Positions 9,231 to 19,420 of a stretch of DNA of 64,000 bases are shown here, one piece after another. Position numbers and translations under genes: made by a program. Source of the stretch: Thermoanaerobaculia bacterium (lineage in GTDB: Bacteria; Acidobacteriota; Thermoanaerobaculia; Multivoradales; Multivoraceae); contig OY761158.1 of assembly GCA_963664405.1 (NCBI GenBank), forward strand, positions 4,160,001 to 4,224,000, written 5' to 3'. The notes under the pieces are model-generated. The model worked only from the letters and a program-made list of their open reading frames with translations. It made no database searches and was not told the origin of the DNA. Every line of letters begins with the position of its first letter. Position 1 is the stretch's first letter.

Positions 9231-10366
9231 GGGCTCTCCTCGAGGCCGGCCTGCGACTCTTCGTATCGGGTGCGCACACCCGACTTCTGGCGGTCGCGGA
9301 CCAGCCAGCGAAGGAACTTCGACTCATCAACGCCAACCAGGATGTCGTTCAGCGCCTCGTAGACGCTGGGGTCATTCAGCAGCAGAGCGGCGCTGCCATC
9401 ACCTTTGTTCAGCTTTTCAGTGGCCTCGTTGAGGTTCCCCAGAAGCTGGCGTAGCTCCGTGGTGAGCTCTTCCGCGAGCTCTTCGTCACTGATGAGGCGT
9501 GGTAAGAGGCCATCGCCGTCGCTCATCTCTGCCACCAGGGTGCTCAGTCTGTCACCGGAATCTCCCAAGCTTTGCAACGCCGAGTCGAAGTCATCTCGCG
9601 TAGTGGCATCGGTGAGCAGGGCGGGCAGCAATCCCTCCCCTTCGTCGATATTGGCCAACAGCGATTGGACTTCGACGATTACCGTGTCGAGGCCGTCTGT
9701 TAGCTCCGAGTCATAGATCAGGCGCCCGAGGGAGCCGCCGCCGGTGCGAACGTCGTGGATCACGAGCCTGATCTCGCCGAGGAGGGCTGTAACCGTGTCC
9801 GTCAAAGTGGTCCCGTCTTCCGACTCGGCCAAGAGCGAGCCTAGGAAACCCTCTCCGCGCTCCATCTTGCTGAGAATGTTGGAGAGTGAGTGGGCGGCCA
9901 CTGAGAGATTGGCCACCACGTCTCCGCCGGAGGCCAAGAGCTCGTCGATCTCGGTCGCGGGCGCCGCTGGGATCTCGTTCCCCGGATGAACCTGCTCATA
10001 GCTCGGCGTCCCCGACCGAATGGAGACGAACTTGTCCCCGAGCAAGCCGAGTGTCTGGATGCGGGCGAGCGAGTCCTCGCGAATGCGCTTCGCGAAACGA
10101 CGATCGACCGAGATCCAGACTTTGAGCTGTGTCTCGCCGGTGTCTTCGGGCAGGATTATTTCCTCAACCTTGCCTACTGCCACACCATTGAGCTGCACCG
10201 GATTGCCCGCAGCGAGGCTACTGACATTGTCGAATTGAACGAAGTATCGACTTTTCCGCGAGAACAGGAGGTCCTTCTCGCCGACCACGAAAACGAGGCC
10301 TGCGAACGCCGCTAGTCCGACAAGCACAGTAGCTCCGACCCGAGCTGCCGAGCCGTCACGCGGCAT
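9227..10366 (-). CDS. mlaD: MlaD/MCE family substrate-binding protein
   Basis: N-terminal TM helix, GNPVQLNGVAVGKV, GLLGDKFVSI, helical C-terminus; in an MlaEF operon. Confidence 0.85.
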   Translation of the reverse strand: MPRDGSAARVGATVLVGLAAFAGLVFVVGEKDLLFSRKSRYFVQFDNVSSLAAGNPVQLNGVAVGKVEEIILPEDTGETQLKVWISVDRRFAKRIREDSLARIQTLGLLGDKFVSIRSGTPSYEQVHPGNEIPAAPATEIDELLASGGDVVANLSVAAHSLSNILSKMERGEGFLGSLLAESEDGTTLTDTVTALLGEIRLVIHDVRTGGGSLGRLIYDSELTDGLDTVIVEVQSLLANIDEGEGLLPALLTDATTRDDFDSALQSLGDSGDRLSTLVAEMSDGDGLLPRLISDEELAEELTTELRQLLGNLNEATEKLNKGDGSAALLLNDPSVYEALNDILVGVDESKFLRWLVRDRQKSGVRTRYEESQAGLEESP

Positions 10367-11111
10367 ACTCTTCCTCGCTGTGTCCGGCTAGGAAGCCACG
10401 GAACACCTGGTCGTCGCTCGCATCGGCTTCGTCCCAGGTGCCTACGAAGCGGAAGGAACCGGCCTCGAGAAAGGCCACCTTGTCGCCGACAGCCCGAGCC
10501 AACGGAACGTCATGAGTGACTACTACCGAAGTTACGGTCATGGTGGTACGAGTGTCGGCAATGAGGTCGCCAATGGTCGCCGAGGTGACGGGGTCTAGAC
10601 CTGAGGTCGGCTCGTCGTAGAGCAGGGCCTCAGGGTCGAGGGCAAGTGATCTGGCCAGCGCCACCCTCTTACGCATTCCTCCGGACAGATCAGAGGGCAT
10701 TTTCGCCTCGATACCCGGTAGACGGACCAGACGAAGTTTCTCTTCAACCTTGCTGCGGATGACGCTTTCTTCGAGATCGGTATGCTCGCGCAGGGGGAAC
10801 GCGATGTTCTCGAAGACGTCCATCGAGTCGAACAGCGCGCCCGATTGGAAGAGCATGGCCACCCGCCTGCGCAATGGGTAGAGCTCGCGCTCGCGCAGCT
10901 GGGTTATCTCCTCGCCGTCGAAGACGACGCTTCCCGAATCGGCGGTCTCGAGGCCGTTGAGTTGGCGAAGAGTCACACTCTTGCCGCATCCGGATCGGCC
11001 CATGATGACAAAGCACTCACCCTCGAGAACCTCGAAGCTGAGGTTGTCGAGGACCTTGACCATGCCATAGCTCTTGGAAAGGTTCTCTACCTTGAAGAGC
11101 ACGCTAGGCAC
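10356..11111 (-). CDS. mlaF: ABC transporter ATP-binding protein (MlaF/Mkl)
   Basis: GRSGCGKS, FQSGALFDS, LSGGMRKRVALAR, YDEPTSGLDP. Confidence 0.9.
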   Translation of the reverse strand: MPSVLFKVENLSKSYGMVKVLDNLSFEVLEGECFVIMGRSGCGKSVTLRQLNGLETADSGSVVFDGEEITQLRERELYPLRRRVAMLFQSGALFDSMDVFENIAFPLREHTDLEESVIRSKVEEKLRLVRLPGIEAKMPSDLSGGMRKRVALARSLALDPEALLYDEPTSGLDPVTSATIGDLIADTRTTMTVTSVVVTHDVPLARAVGDKVAFLEAGSFRFVGTWDEADASDDQVFRGFLAGHSEEEYAA

Positions 11112-11278
11112 TAGTGGACCGTAACACTCGAACGTTTAGTGGCTGGGTGAGTCATTCGTGGTCGAGATCAAGGCGCGCTGACGCAGGCATATCGGGGACT
11201 ATGTCGAGGAAGCGTAACGCAGAGATCGGCCGCGAGGGCCGCTCAGGCGCTAAACGTTTGGGTGTTACGGTCCACTAG
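11111..11278 (+). mobile_element. 168-bp CTAG-bounded palindromic element, family 1 copy B
   Basis: CTAGTGGACCGTAACAC...GTGTTACGGTCCACTAG terminal inverted repeat; conserved core on plus strand; fills the mlaE-mlaF gap. Confidence 0.8.
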
Positions 11279-12033
11279 GCAAGGATATAGAACAGCTTGG
11301 TTAGAAAAAAGTCGGAGATGAGAATCGAGATCGCAGAGAGGACCACAGTATTGGTGGTGGCGCGGCCGACGCCGTCGGCGCCACCCCGAGCGTGAAGGCC
11401 GTTGTAGCAAGCGATGATGGCGATGAAGAAGGCGAAGAAGACCGACTTGCCCAGCCCACTGAAGATGTCTTGAAGGGTGAGGGCGTCAATCACGTCGTTC
11501 CAGTAGAGGCCGAAGGAGAGCTGGAGCTGGAAGACGGCGATAAACAGGCCGCCCAGGATGCCGAGAGCGTCGCCGATGACGGTGAGAATCGGGAGCATGA
11601 CCAGAGTGGCGGCTAGCTTTGGAGCTACCAATTTCTTCACCGGATCGGCCGCCATTGAACGTAGCGCTTCGATCTGCTCTGTCACTTTCATGGTGCCGAT
11701 CTCGGCGGTCATGCCGGCACCTATGCGTCCACCGACGATGAGCGCGATGAGGACGGGGCCCAGCTCGCGGGTCAGAGATTTCGAGACCACGGAGCCGATG
11801 TAGAACTTGACCCCGAGCTCGGGCAGGCTATAAGCGGTCTGAAGAGCGAGCACCATGCCGGTGAAGATGGTGGTTATGCCCGCCACGGCCACGGAGCGCA
11901 CGCCGAGAACCTCCATCTGGTGGATCCACGCGCGGCCTTCGTAGGGAGGAGAGACAACGGCCACGGTACCTCGCGCTGCGAGAAGCGCAAGGCCTCCGAC
12001 TTGGGCGAGAACCTCGACGATGCGGGCGAACAT
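11275..12033 (-). CDS. mlaE: MlaE family ABC permease
   Basis: RELGPV, GRIGAGMTAEIGTMKVTEQIEAL, GGADGVGRATT. Confidence 0.9.
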   Translation of the reverse strand: MFARIVEVLAQVGGLALLAARGTVAVVSPPYEGRAWIHQMEVLGVRSVAVAGITTIFTGMVLALQTAYSLPELGVKFYIGSVVSKSLTRELGPVLIALIVGGRIGAGMTAEIGTMKVTEQIEALRSMAADPVKKLVAPKLAATLVMLPILTVIGDALGILGGLFIAVFQLQLSFGLYWNDVIDALTLQDIFSGLGKSVFFAFFIAIIACYNGLHARGGADGVGRATTNTVVLSAISILISDFFLTKLFYILA

Positions 12034-12175
12034 AAGGAAGGTCCGCAGGTCGCGGTTGCCTGACCTGGCGGAGGGATTGGGCCCCCTCATCCTAGCAGGG
12101 CGCGGTGAGTCACTGAGGACTCGCCCTGTTGGACTGACGCGAGGCGCCGTAGGAGAATGGTTCGACGAGGGGCCC

Positions 12176-12955
12176 GTGCCAGACGAAGAAGATAACTCAG
12201 CCGCCGGAGGTTCAACTCAGATCGGTCGTTCAACGTGGTATGGGTTGACGGGGAACCTGTATCTGGTCTTTGGCAGCTTGGTCATGGCGGTTCTCACAAT
12301 CCTGGCGTCCTGGGTTGCTCCGCGAACGGATCTCACTTTCCGAGTGGCTCGGGCTTGGGCAAGGGGCCTCCTCTGGGCGAGCGGAGTGAGCATCGAGAGA
12401 GAGGGTCCCATCTCTGCGGGCGACGGCGGAAGTGTCGTTTTCATGGCGAATCACCAGAGTCTCTACGACATTCCCGCCATGTTGGTGACGGTGCCTACTC
12501 GCAGCTGCTTCTTGGCTAAGAAGAGTCTGTTCAAGATCCCAGTCTTCGGATGGTCGTTGGCCGCGGCAGGCTTCATTCCGATAGATCGCGAGGATCGAAG
12601 TCGGGCCCGTGAAGCGTTCGAGCTGGCGATGTCGACTCTAGGAGAAGGAACGTCTGTGATCGTCTTCCCCGAGGAGACACGCTCTCTCGATGGGCGACTT
12701 CAGCCGTTTCAGCGGGGTGGCTTCTTGATGGCGCTCAAGGCGCGAGCGGCGATCGTTCCGGTCGGGATCCAAGGCACCTTGACAGTGCGCTCTCGCGGCA
12801 GTTTGCGAGTCAATCCCGGTACGGTTAGGGTGCGTTTCGGAGAACCGGTGGACATCGAGAGCTTCGGGCTGCGGCACAAGAAAGAGTTGGTCGCGGCCAT
12901 CGAGGACAGAGTCTCAGCTCTAGCGGGTGCTCCCCGCTCGGCGACTGTGAGCTAG
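12176..12955 (+). CDS. plsC: 1-acyl-sn-glycerol-3-phosphate acyltransferase family
   Basis: NHQSLYD, FIPIDR, FPEETRS motifs; GTG 12176 start inferred. Confidence 0.85.
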   Translation: MPDEEDNSAAGGSTQIGRSTWYGLTGNLYLVFGSLVMAVLTILASWVAPRTDLTFRVARAWARGLLWASGVSIEREGPISAGDGGSVVFMANHQSLYDIPAMLVTVPTRSCFLAKKSLFKIPVFGWSLAAAGFIPIDREDRSRAREAFELAMSTLGEGTSVIVFPEETRSLDGRLQPFQRGGFLMALKARAAIVPVGIQGTLTVRSRGSLRVNPGTVRVRFGEPVDIESFGLRHKKELVAAIEDRVSALAGAPRSATVS

Positions 12956-12999
12956 GATGCCCTCTCTCGAGGTATTTTTCTACTTGGAAGGAACTTAAT

Positions 13000-14091
13000 T
13001 TGAGCCCGGATCTTCAGCAGCAGGTATTGGAAAGTCTTCGCGGTGTCAGCTTTCCGGGAATGAGCCGGGACATCGTCTCCTTCGGATTCGTCGACACCAT
13101 CGACGTCGATCAGGGTCGAGTTAGAGTCAGACTGAAGATCCAGACGCAGAACCGCCAGGCGGTCGAAGAGGTGCGGGACAGGGCCGAGGCTGCGATCCGC
13201 GGTGTCCCCGGAGTCACCGAGGCCGAGGTTGTAGCGGAGATGGTGACCCCGCCGACTCCAGAACAGAGCGCAGCTCGTGCGATCGCTCGCGACCCCCGTC
13301 TCATTCCGGATGTGAAGAGGGTGATTGCGGTAGCGAGCGGCAAGGGCGGAGTGGGGAAGTCGACCGTTGCAGCCAATCTTGCCGTAGCGCTGAGTCAGCT
13401 CGGCCATTCCACCGGGCTTCTCGATGCCGACATCTATGGGCCTTCGGTTCCGATGATGATGGGTTTGGCGGGACAGCGGCCGCAGGTGGCAGACGGTGGC
13501 AATCGCTTGCGCCCGTTTTCCAAGTTCGACGTCATGATCATGTCGTTGGGCTTCATCCTCGACGAGGACACGCCGGTGATCTGGCGCGGACCGATGGTGA
13601 CGAAAGCCATCGAGCAGCTTCTAGGCGATGTCGAGTGGGGCAGCCTGGACTACCTCGTCGTCGATCTTCCGCCAGGTACCGGGGACGCCCAGCTCACCCT
13701 GACTCAGAAGGTTCCTCTGTCTGGAGCCGTGATCGTCACCACCCCACAGGATGTCGCGCTCATCGATGCCCGCAAGGGCTTGGCCATGTTCGAGAAGGTC
13801 AACGTTCCGGTGCTCGGGATCGTCGAGAACATGTCGTCTTTCGTTTGCCCCCGATGTGGAGAGGTGACCGACATCTTCAAGAAAGGTGGCGGCGAGCGCA
13901 CCGCCAAGGAGTTGGGGTGCGAATTTCTCGGTAGCATCCCGCTGGATCCCTCGATCGTAGTGTGTGGGGATGAGGGTCGTCCAATCACCGCCGCCGAGCC
14001 CGAAGGTGCCCACGGCGAGGCTTTTCGCTCATTGGGTCGGGCGGTTGTTCGAGCCGTGGCGGACGAGCGACCGACACTCACAATCCAATAG
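13000..14091 (+). CDS. mrp: Mrp/ApbC Fe-S cluster carrier ATPase
   Basis: SGKGGVGKST, DADIYGPS, DLPPGTGD, ENMS..CPRCG. Confidence 0.92.
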   Translation: MSPDLQQQVLESLRGVSFPGMSRDIVSFGFVDTIDVDQGRVRVRLKIQTQNRQAVEEVRDRAEAAIRGVPGVTEAEVVAEMVTPPTPEQSAARAIARDPRLIPDVKRVIAVASGKGGVGKSTVAANLAVALSQLGHSTGLLDADIYGPSVPMMMGLAGQRPQVADGGNRLRPFSKFDVMIMSLGFILDEDTPVIWRGPMVTKAIEQLLGDVEWGSLDYLVVDLPPGTGDAQLTLTQKVPLSGAVIVTTPQDVALIDARKGLAMFEKVNVPVLGIVENMSSFVCPRCGEVTDIFKKGGGERTAKELGCEFLGSIPLDPSIVVCGDEGRPITAAEPEGAHGEAFRSLGRAVVRAVADERPTLTIQ

Positions 14092-14099
14092 CGACAGAC

Positions 14100-14777
14100 G
14101 TGCCGATTGCTCTTCTCGCCGACGCGCATCTCGGTGGTCCGGGAGGGAGCGGTGATGAGCTCGGTGCCCAGCTCGAAGCTTTGAGCGTCGAATGCTGTGA
14201 ACGACTCGTCGTGCTCGGAGACCTCTTTCACGTCTGGGTCGGCTACCGACGTTACGAGACCGAAGAGCTGCGCCGACTCCTACCTGTAATTCAGAACCTT
14301 CGCAATCGAGGCGTCCCGGTGCACTACATCGAGGGCAACAGGGACTTCTACCTCGCGAGTGGCGACTATGCCTCATGCTTCGACTCGATCGGATACGAAT
14401 ATGCCTTTGTTTTCGACGGCGTGCGTTATCTGGCGGTCCATGGGGATGGGCTCAATGATCGGGATTGGCGGTATCGATTTTGGCGTCGGGCCTCCAAGAA
14501 CCCGCTGAGCCGCGTCGTGCTCAGGACCCTGCCGTTCCTGGGCAGTCGATTCTTGAATAGGACCGACAAGAGACTCTCGAACACCAACTTCGAGCACAAG
14601 AAAGAGATTCCCGAGGCTGTCATTCGTCGATATGCCGAGGTACGTCTGGCCGACGCCCATGACGTTCTTCTACTGGGTCACTTCCACGAGCCGCAACGCT
14701 GGAGCGTGACTGGGGGAGAGGTGCGAGTGATCGACGCTTGGTACCGGAGTCGTCAGTTGGAGTGGCTTTCACCATGA
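14100..14777 (+). CDS. lpxH: UDP-2,3-diacylglucosamine diphosphatase-like metallophosphoesterase
   Basis: DAHL, GDLF, GNRDF, HGD, GHFH. Confidence 0.75.
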   Translation: MPIALLADAHLGGPGGSGDELGAQLEALSVECCERLVVLGDLFHVWVGYRRYETEELRRLLPVIQNLRNRGVPVHYIEGNRDFYLASGDYASCFDSIGYEYAFVFDGVRYLAVHGDGLNDRDWRYRFWRRASKNPLSRVVLRTLPFLGSRFLNRTDKRLSNTNFEHKKEIPEAVIRRYAEVRLADAHDVLLLGHFHEPQRWSVTGGEVRVIDAWYRSRQLEWLSP

Positions 14778-16066
14778 GCGATTCGAGCGAATCAGGCTCG
14801 GTGTTGGTGCGGTCGGGGCGAGTGGCCCGAGGTAGGGCTCGAGTACCGCCTTCAAAGAGCTACTCCAATCGATACCTCAATCTAGCCCTGGTTGGTGGTG
14901 AGGGGGTGCTGATCGAGCATCTCCTCGAAGCCGACGATACCCGGCACTTCTGCTCGGCTTTGGAGCTGATGGGCTTCGCCCTGTTGCAAGAAGAGAGCGG
15001 GCTTCGAGTGACCGCGCCTGGGAAGCTGGTCGAAGGACCGATCTCCTGTGGCAGCAGCGGTACGATGTTGCGATTCCTTACCGCGTCCCTATGCGTTGTG
15101 CCAGGGACCTGGGTTCTCGACGGAAGTCAGCGCCTCCAGGAGAGACCCCTGGGGCCTCTGTTGGCGACCTTGAGAGAATTGGGCGCGCGCATCCAGTGCC
15201 CGGCGCGAGAGGGCTTCGCCCCCCTGCTCATCGAAGGTGGGAGCCTCCTTGGTGGCGACGCCCACCTCGATGCGGGCGAGTCGAGTCAATATCTCTCGGC
15301 GATTCTGATGGCGGCAACCCGGGCGCCGAGAGGGTTACGCTTGACCGTGGACTCGCTGACTTCGTCCCCCTATCTCGAGATCACTCTTGACGCACTCGAA
15401 AGATTCGGTGTTCAAGTGGTGCACGAGGGCGGCCTTCGGAGTTTCGTCATCGAGCCTGGCTCGGAGCTCAGGGCGGCCCGCGTCTCGGTCGAGGGCGACT
15501 ACTCGGCGGCGGCCTATCCGGCGGGCGCCGCTGTCGTTACCGGTGGGGAGGTTGTATTAGAGGGGCTGACACAGGGCTCACCCCAGGGGGACGCGGGCTT
15601 TCTCGATCTGCTCCAGAAGATCGGTGCGACGGTGCAATGGCGAGGCGAAGAAGTGGTTGTCAGCGCCGGCCGCCTTCGCGCCGTGCAGGTGGCCCTTGAC
15701 GACATGCCGGATCAAGTTCCCACGCTAGCGGCGCTTGCACCCTTCCTCGAGGGTGTTACCGAGATCTCCAACGTGGCCCATCTTCGCATCAAGGAAAGCG
15801 ATCGATTGGCGGCGCTGGCCTTCGAGCTCGGCAGGCTTGGTGTACCTGTCGAGGAGCGCCCCGACGGCTTGGCAATCGAGGGGTGTTGGTACGACCGGGA
15901 GCCGCCCTCGCAGCCAGTGCTGGTGGGCTCTCACGACGATCATCGCATCGCCATGAGCATGGCTCTGGTGGGTCTTCGCCGACCTGGTGTCCGCATTGCC
16001 GACCCCGGAGTAGTAGCGAAGTCCTACCCCCGGTTCTGGCACGATCTCGAAGCCCTTCTGGAGTAG
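14774..16066 (+). CDS. aroA: 3-phosphoshikimate 1-carboxyvinyltransferase
   Basis: PPSKSYSNR, SGTMLRF, SSQYLS, LRIKESDR, DDHRIAM, KSYP; ATGA overlap with lpxH. Confidence 0.95.
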   Translation: MSDSSESGSVLVRSGRVARGRARVPPSKSYSNRYLNLALVGGEGVLIEHLLEADDTRHFCSALELMGFALLQEESGLRVTAPGKLVEGPISCGSSGTMLRFLTASLCVVPGTWVLDGSQRLQERPLGPLLATLRELGARIQCPAREGFAPLLIEGGSLLGGDAHLDAGESSQYLSAILMAATRAPRGLRLTVDSLTSSPYLEITLDALERFGVQVVHEGGLRSFVIEPGSELRAARVSVEGDYSAAAYPAGAAVVTGGEVVLEGLTQGSPQGDAGFLDLLQKIGATVQWRGEEVVVSAGRLRAVQVALDDMPDQVPTLAALAPFLEGVTEISNVAHLRIKESDRLAALAFELGRLGVPVEERPDGLAIEGCWYDREPPSQPVLVGSHDDHRIAMSMALVGLRRPGVRIADPGVVAKSYPRFWHDLEALLE

Positions 16067-16141
16067 CCGAAGCCGGCTTCCTGTCTGGAATCTGTCGGAA
16101 CTGCATTTCTGCGGCGGTGCCGCGACCCTTGATCGGGTGAG

Positions 16142-19100
16142 TTGCCCAGTTCAGGCGTCAGCGAGAGAATTGAGCACCCGGTGCTCGGGCGCACAGCGGT
16201 CGAAGGTGCGAGACCGCTCAGCGATCGACAGCGGCTTGCGCTGGCGCTCGAGGGATGCGCCTTGCTGTCACACCTGGAGTGGGGCGGCTGGAGGCTGAGA
16301 GATGCCTGGCAGGGCTGGGGTGTAGACCCTGACGGCCGACTCGCGGGTGTCGGAGTAGAGATCGGAGCTTCACGGGCCTCGGTCTCGATGCTGATGATCG
16401 AGCTCTTGGAGCATCTCTTCGGTCCCGAAGTCTTGGGACCCGGTGAAGCTAGGGGGGCGGCACGTCGGCTGCTCGAGAGATGGCGCCACGAGCTGCTCCC
16501 GTTCTCGGCGGATGAGCACCTGTCGGAAGTCTTGGCGGCCGCCCCGTTTCTCAGAGGCAGTCGTTTTCGTCCGCATCTCGAGAGTATTCTCGGGAGCCAT
16601 CGGGTTGCGGGGGAGTGGCGGAGAAGAACGGCGGGCTTGGATCGCGAGACGCCACGGCTTGGAGCCGTCGGCGTAGAGGAAACGCTGCAGTGCCGAGGCA
16701 CTGCTGCGTTTGAGGTGCGTGAGGGCGAGTCGGAAGAGCCGGACCCGGGGGTCATGCGCTGGAGAGACTTCCGAGGCGCGGCCGGTCTCGGTGCCGGAGA
16801 ATTGGTACGAGCTGGACGGTTCGAAGCAGCTCTACGGGCCCTGAAATCTGTCGGTGGAGCTCCTTCATCAGAGCTGCTTCGCCTCGAGTGTCTGTGCCGT
16901 TTGGGCCGATGGCGCTCGGCGGCGGGCCGGGCGGCGGAGGTGGAGGTCCTCGAGCTGCCTCCAGAGGGAAGGGTGATCCTGGCGCATTGGGCGCTGCTGG
17001 CAATGCTCCACCTAGGTCGCTGGAGAACCGTGGAAAAGTGGGCGGCAAGTCTGGCGGCCACAGAAACTACTGGGTCTTCCTCGACGGCGATGGCCGCTTG
17101 GGCGCAGTGGGAGCTTGGAGAGAGCTTCTCGCCGCGAATCCATCGATCCACCGTTGCGGAGCCCGCGGATGCGTCGCTTGGCACGAGCTGCGTCCTCGAG
17201 AGAATGGTCGGGCGAGTATCCGAGCTCCGGCTCGGGCTGGATTGGTTGCTGTTGCGGCCTTCGCGCACTAAGAGTGGAGTATTCGAGCGTGGTCTGTTTT
17301 GGCGAGGCGCTGGGCGAGCACGGCTGGCAAGCAGCGAGCTGGAAGCGGCGGAGAGGTCCTTCGAGCAAGCCTGTCGCTGCTTTCGCAAATGTGACGGTCC
17401 TTCTTATCTGAGCTATGGCCTAACGGGGCTGGCCGAAGCGCGCCTCCGTCTCGGCAGAGTCGCCGGAGTGGCTCGAGTCGCGGAAGCTCTCGAGCGTCAT
17501 GCGCGAGGAAGTGGGGACCTCGAGGGCGAGCTTATCGCTGCTTCTCTGATGGCCCGTCTCCATCTCACTGTTGGCGATGCCGAGCGTGCCGTCGAAGTGG
17601 GCCGTCGTGCGCTCGCATCCCGTCCCGGCATGGGTCGGTACAGGGCGACCTGGGAGCTGCGGGTTCTGGTGGCGAGGGGCCTTGGTTGGATGGGGCAGGA
17701 GGCCGCCGCAGCCGACCAGTTGTCAGGATTGAACGGCGAGCCGAAGGGAGTGCTCGAGCCGGAGGAAGAGCCGTTCGTGTGGGCTCTCGCGAGGGACTGT
17801 GTGCGGGTCGAGCAGCGGCCCGAGGACCGCCGCCAAGAGAAAAGGTGGCTCGAAGTCCTAAGCGACGGGGCGCAGAGCGCGGAGGAGAGGGTGCACCGGC
17901 TGGACGGCTTTCGGCGTGCACGGCTGGTGTCGGATTTGTGTCGCCTCGAACGGGCGAGGGGTCTTTCCTGGGGGCTGAGAAGCGATGCTGCCGCGACGCT
18001 GAGGAGGGTTGGCGCCGTGTTTCACGCTCGTATCGTTGAAGGCTCGCTTCAGGGGCCGTGGGCTGCAGTCCGCCGATTTCTAGAGGTGACGACTGTCGGC
18101 GAGGAAGAGATTTCGCGGCTCTTTCGTGAGGCTGGCTATCCTGAGGCTTCCCTCGAGCTCGAGGCGGCCGACCGCGAGGTTACGGTTCTGGTTGCCGGTG
18201 AAGGAGGCGACGCCGAGCTCTCAACCGAGCTACCGGGTGGAAGATTGGTTTTGCGTTGTTCTCGGGCCGGCGAGGATCTACGTTGCCTTCTTCTCCTGGC
18301 TCTGCAGCGCCTGGAGGCTACGGTGGCACCCTCCGGCCCAGCCGACCGGGGCTCCCTTGTTGGTGAGAGCCCATCCTTCGAGGCAGCTCTCGATCGCCTC
18401 GAAAGGCTCGCGCCGTGCGGGCTACCGGTGCTCATTCTCGGCGAGACGGGAACCGGGAAGGAGCTTGCGGCACACCATGTGCATCGTTTGTCCCCACGGC
18501 GGGGAGGACCCCTCCTCGCGGTTAACTGCGCTGCCCTTTCGGACACTCTGATTCTCTCGGACCTCTTCGGGCATGCTCGGGGGGCTTTCACGGGTGCCGA
18601 CCGCGAGCGCGCCGGTGTCTTCGAATCTGCGAAGGGCGGCACTGTATTTCTCGACGAAATCGGCGATCTTCCGTTGGCGGCCCAGGGCTCCTTGCTGCGT
18701 GTCCTTCAAGAGGGCGAGGTGCGTCGGTTGGGCGAGAGTCGACCCCGTGCCGTCGATATCTCGGTGGTGGCGGCAACCCACCACGATCTCGAGCAGATGG
18801 TGGACGCAGGTCGCTTCCGCCAGGATCTCTATTATCGCCTTCGAGTCGCAGCGGTAACGCTGCCACCGTTGCGGATGCGAGGGGAAGACATCCTTGCCTT
18901 GGCGCGGCACTTTCTCAACGATTGTGGCGAGGGGCAGAGACTCGGGTCGGCGGCATGTGCGCGGCTCCTGAGTCACCCTTGGCGAGGTAATGTGAGGGAG
19001 CTGAAGAGTGTCCTTCAAGTCGCGTCCGCATTGTGCCCGGCGCAAGGAGAGATTGACGAGGGGCATCTGGACCTTCCGACGCCCTCCACCTCGCGGCATT

Positions 19101-19252
19101 CCTCCTACCACTTGGCCGTCGACTCGGAGAGGCGGCGAGTGGTGAGTGAGGCTCTCGAGCGCAGCGGCGGAAGTCGAGCGGAGGCGGCACGTCAGCTAGG
19201 CATCTCTCCGCAGGCTGTCTCTTATTTGGTCCGCCGACTCGACCTCTCCTAG
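16142..19252 (+). CDS. Large sigma54-dependent enhancer-binding protein
   Basis: GETGTGKE, GAFTGA, FLDEIG, FRQDLYYRL, WRGNVREL, C-terminal Fis-type HTH; long helical/TPR-like N-terminus. Confidence 0.88.
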   Translation: MPSSGVSERIEHPVLGRTAVEGARPLSDRQRLALALEGCALLSHLEWGGWRLRDAWQGWGVDPDGRLAGVGVEIGASRASVSMLMIELLEHLFGPEVLGPGEARGAARRLLERWRHELLPFSADEHLSEVLAAAPFLRGSRFRPHLESILGSHRVAGEWRRRTAGLDRETPRLGAVGVEETLQCRGTAAFEVREGESEEPDPGVMRWRDFRGAAGLGAGELVRAGRFEAALRALKSVGGAPSSELLRLECLCRLGRWRSAAGRAAEVEVLELPPEGRVILAHWALLAMLHLGRWRTVEKWAASLAATETTGSSSTAMAAWAQWELGESFSPRIHRSTVAEPADASLGTSCVLERMVGRVSELRLGLDWLLLRPSRTKSGVFERGLFWRGAGRARLASSELEAAERSFEQACRCFRKCDGPSYLSYGLTGLAEARLRLGRVAGVARVAEALERHARGSGDLEGELIAASLMARLHLTVGDAERAVEVGRRALASRPGMGRYRATWELRVLVARGLGWMGQEAAAADQLSGLNGEPKGVLEPEEEPFVWALARDCVRVEQRPEDRRQEKRWLEVLSDGAQSAEERVHRLDGFRRARLVSDLCRLERARGLSWGLRSDAAATLRRVGAVFHARIVEGSLQGPWAAVRRFLEVTTVGEEEISRLFREAGYPEASLELEAADREVTVLVAGEGGDAELSTELPGGRLVLRCSRAGEDLRCLLLLALQRLEATVAPSGPADRGSLVGESPSFEAALDRLERLAPCGLPVLILGETGTGKELAAHHVHRLSPRRGGPLLAVNCAALSDTLILSDLFGHARGAFTGADRERAGVFESAKGGTVFLDEIGDLPLAAQGSLLRVLQEGEVRRLGESRPRAVDISVVAATHHDLEQMVDAGRFRQDLYYRLRVAAVTLPPLRMRGEDILALARHFLNDCGEGQRLGSAACARLLSHPWRGNVRELKSVLQVASALCPAQGEIDEGHLDLPTPSTSRHSSYHLAVDSERRRVVSEALERSGGSRAEAARQLGISPQAVSYLVRRLDLS

Positions 19253-19391
19253 CACCAGCGTACCCCACAGCGGTCAAAGTTTGGTCGGAACAGGGCTAGA
19301 AATTGTCAGCGGTCGTTTTGCCAATGCTGCCGGACCTGCTAGAGTTCCAGTCGATCCTTTGGTTCAGCGCTGGGGAAAAGGGGGGCGCCTG

Positions 19392-19407
19392 TGGTATGAA
19401 ATTTGCA
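19392..19407 (+). promoter_or_regulatory. Sigma54 -24/-12 promoter
   Basis: TGGTATGAAATTTGCA with GG-N10-GC spacing, between the activator and the prepilin gene. Confidence 0.7.
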
Positions 19408-19420
19408 AGGAAATGGTTCG

